A stretch of 32,000 bases of DNA from Nanoarchaeum equitans Kin4-M (GTDB lineage Archaea > Nanobdellota > Nanobdellia > Nanobdellales > Nanoarchaeaceae), in NCBI GenBank assembly GCA_000008085.1, contig AE017199.1, positions 90,001 through 122,000 on the forward strand, in the 5' to 3' direction. Under the pieces are notes generated by a model. It had not been told where the DNA came from, searched no databases, and saw nothing but the letters and a program-made list of their open reading frames with translations. Below, one piece after another: positions 25,907 through 32,000 of the stretch. Numbering within the stretch: position 1 is the stretch's first letter; each line of letters opens with the position of its first letter. The position numbers and the translations under genes are program-made.

Positions 25907-27727
25907 TGCATCTTCAGGGGTTCTTACTATGGTTCTCCCATGCAAATTGAAAGAAGTATTTACTACTACTCCAAACCCTGTTAATTCTTTTAGCTTCTTT
26001 AACAATCTATAGTAATTAGGGTTATCTTTTTCCTCGACAAATTGGGGCCTCGCTGTTCCATCGACATGCCTAGCAGAGGGTAGTTTGTCCCAATATTCTT
26101 TTTTCAACCTAAAAGCTATTGCCATATGTTTATGTTTGTAGGATTTTTCAAATAATCTCTCTCTTTCTTCCTCTAAAACAGATGGACAGAAAGGTTGGAA
26201 CCAAGGTCTTCTTTTTACTTTTAAATTTAGCTTATCCCTAGATTTGGGATCTCTTGGATCGGCTAATATACTTCTATTACCTAAAGCCCTTGGCCCAAAT
26301 TCCATTCTTCCTTGGAATATAGCGACTATTAACCCTTTAGCAACCATTTCTGCAGCTAATTCTGGCCATTTATCTCCAATATATTCGTACTCTATTTTGT
26401 CAGCCCATCTCTTTAATGCTTTTTCTACATCTTCTTTTGAATAACTTGGGCCCCAATAAGGCATTTCATAATCTTTTAACCAACTTATATCATAGCCTAA
26501 CTCTATAGCTTTTAATACCGCTGCTCCAGCAGAAGTGCCATCATCAGCCATTGCTGGGAATATATATAATTCCTCAAAGGGAGTTCTTTCGAATATATTC
26601 AAATTCATAATTACATTAGCTACTACTCCTCCAGCCATTGCTAGTCTCGGTATTTTATATTTCTCATATACCAAATTTAAATAATTCACTACGGTATCTT
26701 CTAGCCATCTTTGTATTGTAGCAGCGAAATTCTCATCACCAATTCTTTCTTTCCATTTTTTTAGTAAATCGACTCTTTTTATTGTAAAATACTTTTTAAC
26801 AATTTCTTTATTTATTTCCCACCTTAATTTGTCTTTATTTATTGGGAACGCTTTATTTAATAGACCATACAACTCTTTGTCTGGTTTACCATATGCTGCT
26901 AATGCTTCTGTTTTGCCTTCGTCAGAACCTGGGGTAAACCCTAATACATAGGTAAACAAGCTATACACATTTCCAATGCTTACAGTATTGAAATAGGAAA
27001 ATTGGTGATCTTTGCTACTTTTATATATGGACAAAAATCTTTTACCCATAATCCATGCTGGACTATTGTGCAGTAACTTCCTTTCTTTTCCATTAAAATA
27101 CCATACTGTGCTAAAATTACCATCCCCATACCCATCTAAAGTAAATACTATTGCTTCTTTACCATTAAAGGGACTAAAATAATATGCAGAAGCTGCATGT
27201 GATAGGTGGTGGTCGTAAAATTCTATTTTTGCATTAATCGAATATCGCTTAAAGAAATCATTTATCGCTTTCAAAGTTAATTTTCTGTCAATAAATTTTG
27301 GTAGTGGTATAGTATTGGTTAAAACCAATAATATAGATTCCTTTAATAATTTAGAAAACTTGCCCTTTTTTAGAGCATCTTTAAATATTTCGGTTTTCTT
27401 CTTGTCCATTATTTTTTTCCAGTCTTTTATGTATTTTGGCTTGTACATTTCTCTTAGGATTTCAGCTATTCTAATCCTTACTATTCTATGATAATTGTTA
27501 AGAAAACCCGGAAATCCCATATACCAATCCATGAGGGGAATACCTATATGCTTTATGTCTCTTCTAGTTTCTAAATTTAGTTCTTTTAGTATCGGACCAA
27601 TATGAAAAGGATCGTGTTTAATTCTAGTATATCTCTCTGTTGAGGCCGCGAATATCTCTTGGTTTTCAGGGTCTAACAAAAAGACAGAGCTATCATGGCC
27701 AACCCATTTTGTTCCTAGTATTTTCAT
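25826..27727 (-). CDS. NodU/CmcH-family carbamoyltransferase
   Basis: GHDSSVFLLD, HHLSHAASAYYFSPF, MAGGVVANVIMN, ADDGTSAGAA, RMEFGPRALGNRSILADPR. Confidence 0.92.
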   Translation of the reverse strand: MKILGTKWVGHDSSVFLLDPENQEIFAASTERYTRIKHDPFHIGPILKELNLETRRDIKHIGIPLMDWYMGFPGFLNNYHRIVRIRIAEILREMYKPKYIKDWKKIMDKKKTEIFKDALKKGKFSKLLKESILLVLTNTIPLPKFIDRKLTLKAINDFFKRYSINAKIEFYDHHLSHAASAYYFSPFNGKEAIVFTLDGYGDGNFSTVWYFNGKERKLLHNSPAWIMGKRFLSIYKSSKDHQFSYFNTVSIGNVYSLFTYVLGFTPGSDEGKTEALAAYGKPDKELYGLLNKAFPINKDKLRWEINKEIVKKYFTIKRVDLLKKWKERIGDENFAATIQRWLEDTVVNYLNLVYEKYKIPRLAMAGGVVANVIMNLNIFERTPFEELYIFPAMADDGTSAGAAVLKAIELGYDISWLKDYEMPYWGPSYSKEDVEKALKRWADKIEYEYIGDKWPELAAEMVAKGLIVAIFQGRMEFGPRALGNRSILADPRDPKSRDKLNLKVKRRPWFQPFCPSVLEEERERLFEKSYKHKHMAIAFRLKKEYWDKLPSARHVDGTARPQFVEEKDNPNYYRLLKKLKELTGFGVVVNTSFNLHGRTIVRTPEDALTDFIDCNIDALFIEGYLVRRKEKQI

Positions 27728-27757
27728 TCTATTGGCAATATTTAATATTTAAACTTG

Positions 27758-28780
27758 TTAATAAATAATTAAAGGGATCTTTCTTTCTATATTGCTCGCC
27801 CCGCCATGGTCTCCTAAAAAGTTATATCCCCTATCAATAAAGCCATTGTCTTTAAATTGTATAAAAATACTATCTATTAGATGTTTTACTCTATCGGAAT
27901 AAGAGCCTAGCAATCTCTTTATCGCTTTCTTATTGAGTTGTTCAATTACGATGTCCAATTCTAATTCATTTTTTAGCTTTTCAAATATCTCATATATTGT
28001 ATTGGGGTCCTCTTTAGGTTTTACGAATAGGTTTCTCTGTTCTCCAGCAACAAATTCTATATCTAATTCTTTGAATACCTCTATAGGAATTCTTTTCTTT
28101 GTATCTAATTCTATAAAACCATGGTCTGCTGTAACAATTAAATTATATTTGAACTTCTTTAATCTGTTAATAAAATATTTCAAAAACTTAATTTCTTCTA
28201 TTGATTGTTTGGAATTTGGGCCATATAAATGGTTTAAACTATCTAGCTTAGGATAATATATAAAAATGAATTTTTTGCCCTTTTTTCTTGTTATTTTTCT
28301 TATGCTTACTATTACTTCGGACAAACTTAAATAGCCAACCCTCTGTGCGCCATAGTAAACATATTGGGAATATAAACTATTAGAATATTCTTTAGGAATG
28401 AATACATAGCTTTCTGCATCGATTTTTTGGTATATTGTTTCAAACCCTTCAAGAATTAAATGTTTCTTTGTATTTATTGGACCTAAACTAGAAACATAAG
28501 CTACAGGAGCAATAACCTCTTTGAAAATCTCTGAATAGGAATACCAAGCGTAGATCCCATGGTCGCCAGGATATTTAATAAGGTTTAAACTAGTTATTAC
28601 CGGAGCAGTAGATGGTATGTTTAATGTTTCTATAGTTTGGAAATCTTTTTTAATCTTTTTTGCTTGTTCTATGGATAGACCATCAACCAAAAACAAAATA
28701 ACATCTTTATCTAAATCTAATTCGGTTTTTCCTTTATTATAATAAGATAAAATGTTTTGTGCTAAATCGATTATGTTCAT
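27758..28780 (-). CDS. Alkaline-phosphatase-superfamily (type I phosphodiesterase/nucleotide pyrophosphatase-like) protein
   Basis: VILFLVDGLS, PSTAPVITSLNLIKYPGDHGIYAW, LIVTADHGF, FLGDHGG metal-site motifs. ORF track start is 28801; 28780 is preferred (MNIIDLA). Confidence 0.78.
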   Translation of the reverse strand: MNIIDLAQNILSYYNKGKTELDLDKDVILFLVDGLSIEQAKKIKKDFQTIETLNIPSTAPVITSLNLIKYPGDHGIYAWYSYSEIFKEVIAPVAYVSSLGPINTKKHLILEGFETIYQKIDAESYVFIPKEYSNSLYSQYVYYGAQRVGYLSLSEVIVSIRKITRKKGKKFIFIYYPKLDSLNHLYGPNSKQSIEEIKFLKYFINRLKKFKYNLIVTADHGFIELDTKKRIPIEVFKELDIEFVAGEQRNLFVKPKEDPNTIYEIFEKLKNELELDIVIEQLNKKAIKRLLGSYSDRVKHLIDSIFIQFKDNGFIDRGYNFLGDHGGASNIERKIPLIIY

Positions 28781-28810
28781 TCTATAACATCGATAATTCA
28801 TTTAAGGGTA

Positions 28811-28882
28811 AGCCCCGGGCGGGATTCGAACCCGCGACCTGCGGCTTACAAGGCCGCCGCTCTGCCGCTGAGCTACCGGGGC
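28811..28882 (-). tRNA. tRNA-Thr (UGU)
   Basis: Reverse complement GCCCCGG-TA-GCTC-AGCGGCA-GAGC-G-GCGGC-CTTGTAA-GCCGC-AGGTC-GCGGG-TTCGAAT-CCCGC-CCGGGGC-T. Full cloverleaf, no encoded CCA. Confidence 0.96.
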
Positions 28883-28898
28883 CGATAGAATAATAGTT

Positions 28899-28914
28899 AA
28901 CATTTATAAATGTT
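28899..28914. promoter_or_regulatory. 16-bp perfect palindromic TATA element AACATTTATAAATGTT shared by tRNA-Thr and aIF1A
   Basis: Centre 28906.5 is 24.5 bp from tRNA-Thr +1 (28882) and 27.5 bp from the aIF1A ATG (28934). Confidence 0.6.
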
Positions 28915-28933
28915 TAATCTCTATTCTACGTAA

Positions 28934-29263
28934 GTGAAATTGAAAATCGTGACTGTAAAAATTGGAGACGAAAGAGTAGAATTAGCGATCCCAGAAGAAG
29001 ACGAAGTTATAGGTATTGTAGAGCAAGCATTGGGATGGGCCCACTATAGAGTTAAATGCTTCGATGGGGTAGAAAGAATATGCAGAGTACCAAGACCAAG
29101 AAGATGGACTAAAGATAAATTTAGATTCAATGTTGCAGAAGGAAATTACGTTTTAGTAAAACCATGGCCCAATAGTAAAGACAAAGGCGACATAATTTAT
29201 AAATATGACCGCAAACAAGTGGAAGCACTTAAAAAATTGGGTTATTTAGAGGAAGAATTTTGA
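28934..29263 (+). CDS. eif1A: Translation initiation factor aIF1A
   Basis: GWAHYRVKCFDGVERICRVPRPRRWTKDKFRFNVAEGNYVLVKPWPNSKDKGDIIYKYDRKQVEALKKLGYL, an S1/OB fold eIF1A signature. Confidence 0.9.
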   Translation: MKLKIVTVKIGDERVELAIPEEDEVIGIVEQALGWAHYRVKCFDGVERICRVPRPRRWTKDKFRFNVAEGNYVLVKPWPNSKDKGDIIYKYDRKQVEALKKLGYLEEEF

Positions 29264-30114
29264 AATATCGAATATATTAAGAATTTTAATTGCTCATCTT
29301 CGGGTAAATCCCTAAATAAGAATCCCCTAATGTATATATTTTTAGCGGTTTCCTCATCTATGCCCTTGGACATTAAATACAATAACGCCTGTTCGTTTAT
29401 TTTTCCTACAGATGCTTCATGGTAGTATTCGCCTTCTTTCACAGTATTCAATGCCGGCATAGTGTATATTTTGCCTTTCCCTAATATTATGCCATCGCAA
29501 GAGCTATAGCCTTTGCCTGTCCCACTAATTAAAGTTTTGTTTATTACTTTCCCATCATAGGTTACAACCCTAGATTTTAATATAGCTACCGAATCCTTTA
29601 TATAGGCCTTACTATCTGTTTTTAATAAACCCTCTTTTTGTTTGTAAATAACATACTCTCCTATATTAGATTGAATTCCATAGAATTTGTTTATATTTAT
29701 ACTATTCCCGCTAGAATCATTGCTTATCAAATAGTTGTTTAGAATACCTTTCTTTACATAATACCTATTCAAAGAAACTATCGTGGATTTGCTATCTATT
29801 TTATGGATTTTTGCACTTTCTAGATGGCCTTTAACAATGGCAATGGTTTTACCCAAATGGTACCCTTCGTTTAGAGAAGTACAATAGGTATAAATTTTAG
29901 CAAATGCCCCCTCTTTTACTATAACTTTATTCAAAACTTTTTGATTTTCGCCTGTGGAAACATATACTAAGCTTATTGGCACATTTATTTTAGTATTTTT
30001 AGGGATTATTATCTTATAGCCTTCGTAACCAGTTTTGTTTAATGGCTTTACTTCTATTCCTAAGTTTTCTAGCATTTCTATGTATTTATCTATAGCCAAT
30101 TTCGCAACCCTCAT
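29242..30114 (-). CDS. SufB/SufD-family Fe-S cluster assembly protein
   Basis: TMPALNTVKEGEYYHEASVGKINEQALLYLMSKGIDEETAKNIYIRGFL is a SufB/D C-terminal signature. ORF track start is 30135; 30114 is preferred by TATA spacing. Confidence 0.85.
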   Translation of the reverse strand: MRVAKLAIDKYIEMLENLGIEVKPLNKTGYEGYKIIIPKNTKINVPISLVYVSTGENQKVLNKVIVKEGAFAKIYTYCTSLNEGYHLGKTIAIVKGHLESAKIHKIDSKSTIVSLNRYYVKKGILNNYLISNDSSGNSININKFYGIQSNIGEYVIYKQKEGLLKTDSKAYIKDSVAILKSRVVTYDGKVINKTLISGTGKGYSSCDGIILGKGKIYTMPALNTVKEGEYYHEASVGKINEQALLYLMSKGIDEETAKNIYIRGFLFRDLPEDEQLKFLIYSIFQNSSSK

Positions 30115-30133
30115 AACACTGTTATATATGGGC

Positions 30134-30141
30134 ATTTAAAT
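30134..30141. promoter_or_regulatory. Palindromic ATTTAAAT TATA element shared by SufB/D and translin genes
   Basis: Centre 30137.5 is 23.5 bp from ATG 30114 (minus) and 23.5 bp from ATG 30161 (plus). Confidence 0.5.
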
Positions 30142-30160
30142 AATTTATAATAGTAACCGC

Positions 30161-30718
30161 ATGTTACCCAATTTGGATAACCTAAAGGAAGAATATCAAA
30201 AATTGGAAGAAAAGAAACAAGAAATTGTTGACCGTAGTATTAGAATGTCTAAGCTATCGAAATCTCTTATTTATTCTATGATTAGAGAAGATTACAAAAG
30301 TGCCGACAAATATAAAGAAGAGCTAACTAATTTGGCAAAAACCCAAATTGAAGAGTTAAAAAAGTATCCAATGTTTTATTCTAACGGTTTTATAGGCTTA
30401 CAAGAATATGTAGAAGCGCTGGCCTTATATTATTACATAAAAGAAAATAGAATCCCATCAAAAGAAGAGCTTGGAGTAGACACATGGGTTTATTTATTCG
30501 GTATCGGCGATATAGCTGGGGAAATATTGAGAAAAAGCAGCGAAGAACTAATTAAAGGCAATATCGAATATGCTAAAAAGGCTAAACAAGATTTAGAAAG
30601 CTTATATTTGGATTTGCTTTATATAGAGTTAAAGAATTTCGATTTGAGAAGGAAATTAGATTATGTAAGCAATATAATAAACAAGCTAATAGAGTTCATT
30701 ATATGGAAATCCAAATAG
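30161..30718 (+). CDS. Translin-family protein
   Basis: FIGLQEYVEALALYYYIKE, YLFGIGDIAGEILRKS, FDLRRKLDYVSNIINKLIE pattern of archaeal translin. Confidence 0.82.
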   Translation: MLPNLDNLKEEYQKLEEKKQEIVDRSIRMSKLSKSLIYSMIREDYKSADKYKEELTNLAKTQIEELKKYPMFYSNGFIGLQEYVEALALYYYIKENRIPSKEELGVDTWVYLFGIGDIAGEILRKSSEELIKGNIEYAKKAKQDLESLYLDLLYIELKNFDLRRKLDYVSNIINKLIEFIIWKSK

Positions 30719-30790
<72 letters not shown>

Positions 30791-30810
30791 AGAGGTTGTA
30801 ATGTATGGAC

Positions 30811-30816
30811 TTTAAA
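30811..30816 (-). promoter_or_regulatory. TTTAAA TATA-like box for tRNA-Ala
   Basis: Centre 30813.5 is 23.5 bp upstream of tRNA nucleotide +1 (30790). Confidence 0.45.
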
Positions 30817-30867
30817 AAATTTTGAGAGGTTATAAATATTTTTAATATTTAAATACAAATTTCAACC

Positions 30868-31935
30868 ATGGAAGAGTTTATCCGAGCTGCACAGGAAAGA
30901 GCAAAGATGGATGAAAAACAACAAATAGATGAATATCTTAATAGAATAAAGAAAAAAATTAAAGTTATTGGTGTCGGGGGTGCTGGATGCAATACTATTA
31001 ATAGGTTATATGAATTAGGCTTACAAGATGTTGAACTAATTGCAGTTAATGCAGATGTAAAAGATTTGGCTAAAATAAAAGCTCATAAAAAAGTATTAAT
31101 AGGAGAAGAAGTTACTCGTGGTTTGGGTACAGGAAGAGACCCCGAATTAGGAGAACAAGCTGCAAGGGAAAGTGAGAAAGTAATAAAAGAGCTATTGCAA
31201 GGAACAGATATGGTTTTTATTACTTTTGGCCTTGGTGGGGGCACAGGAACTGGGGCTGGCCCAGTTATTGCTGATATAGCCAAACAAATGGGTATACTAA
31301 CAGTAGCCGTAGTGAGTTGGCCCTTTTCTAGTGAGGGTAATTTAACATTAAGAAACGCCCAATGGGGATTAGCAAGATTAGAAGAAACTACCGATACACA
31401 TATAGTTATACCAAACGATAAATTATTAGAAATAGCGCCTAATTTACCAATTGCTGTAGCATTTAAATTAAGCGATGAAGTTTTAGCTAACACTATTAAA
31501 AAAACCACAGAGTTAATATTAAAACCTGGCCAAGTCACAAGAGATTTCGCAGATTTGAAAGTAATATTAGAGAATGGCGGTTTAGGTATGGTTGGCTTTG
31601 GAGAATCCGATTCGGAAAACAAAGCATTAGAAGCTATTGAGAGAGCAATAAACAATCCATTATTGGATACAGATGTTAGTGGGGCGAAAAGGGCTTTGTT
31701 GCACATAGTTGCAGGCCCCGACTTTAAAACAGAGGAATTAAACAAAATATTAGAATATGTTAGCAATAAACTAGACCCAGAAGCGAAATTATTATGGGGT
31801 CTATGGATTGAAGAGGAAAAGAAAGGCAAAGTCGAAATAATGATTTTAGTAACAGAGCTAAAGAATGTACCCGATTATCTAAAAATAAGCGAAAAAAGAA
31901 AGAAGAAAGATGAATTAGGAATAGATGTTATCTAA
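30868..31935 (+). CDS. ftsZ: Cell division protein FtsZ
   Basis: IKVIGVGGAGCNTINRL, FITFGLGGGTGTGAGPVIADIAK tubulin signature, NPLLDTDVSGAKRALLHIVAG. Confidence 0.96.
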   Translation: MEEFIRAAQERAKMDEKQQIDEYLNRIKKKIKVIGVGGAGCNTINRLYELGLQDVELIAVNADVKDLAKIKAHKKVLIGEEVTRGLGTGRDPELGEQAARESEKVIKELLQGTDMVFITFGLGGGTGTGAGPVIADIAKQMGILTVAVVSWPFSSEGNLTLRNAQWGLARLEETTDTHIVIPNDKLLEIAPNLPIAVAFKLSDEVLANTIKKTTELILKPGQVTRDFADLKVILENGGLGMVGFGESDSENKALEAIERAINNPLLDTDVSGAKRALLHIVAGPDFKTEELNKILEYVSNKLDPEAKLLWGLWIEEEKKGKVEIMILVTELKNVPDYLKISEKRKKKDELGIDVI

Positions 31936-32000
31936 TTTTGTTCGCTCTTAGTACAATCTCTTTATTTTTTTCGTCTCTAAAACAAGAGTATATGTACTTT
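31928..32000 (-). CDS. Partial CDS (3' end only), convergent with ftsZ
   Basis: The minus frame reads ...KYIYSCFRDEKNKEIVLRANKIR* with the stop at 31928-31930. It overlaps ftsZ by 8 nt. Confidence 0.35.
   Translation of the reverse strand, partial: KYIYSCFRDEKNKEIVLRANKIR

Noticed and set aside
26741-26765. GTGATGA C-box-like motif on the minus strand inside the carbamoyltransferase gene
   Set aside because: No D', C' or D box at the required spacing, so it is coding sequence only.

Overview
This looks like a gene-dense, AT-rich chromosomal segment from a hyperthermophile-like archaeon, most plausibly a DPANN or Nanoarchaeota-type reduced genome. That placement is inference from protein features and compactness. 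Recognisable genes include uL11, V/A-ATPase subunit A, HisRS, eS6, Pelota, Trm1, Rrp42, TrpRS, MinD, a Fap7-like NMP kinase, TgtA, fibrillarin, GatD, aIF1A, a SufB/D protein, translin and FtsZ. There are three tRNA genes (Gly-GCC, Thr-UGU, Ala-UGC). I see no CRISPR array, transposon or phage island. The most interesting signals are mostly non-coding. (1) Two minus-strand candidates have a complete C-D'-C'-D box sRNA architecture. One fuses its C box with the stop codon of the TrmB-like gene, and the other lies next to fibrillarin. (2) Palindromic TATA elements sit at the midpoint of divergent pairs whose starts are about 47-52 bp apart, so one box could drive two leaderless transcripts. (3) All three tRNAs have a TATA-like box centred 23.5-24.5 bp before nucleotide +1 (a G). 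This is the arrangement described for Nanoarchaeum equitans, which lives without RNase P. Other points of interest are a tandem pair of Cys-rich pilin-like proteins beside a TrmB regulator, a missed 33-aa TM microprotein, an apparent frameshift in a membrane-anchored gene, a RecJ/GAN-like protein without a DHH domain, a DRG-like protein with eroded G3/G4 motifs, a tRNA embedded in an open reading frame, and pervasive convergent gene overlaps.
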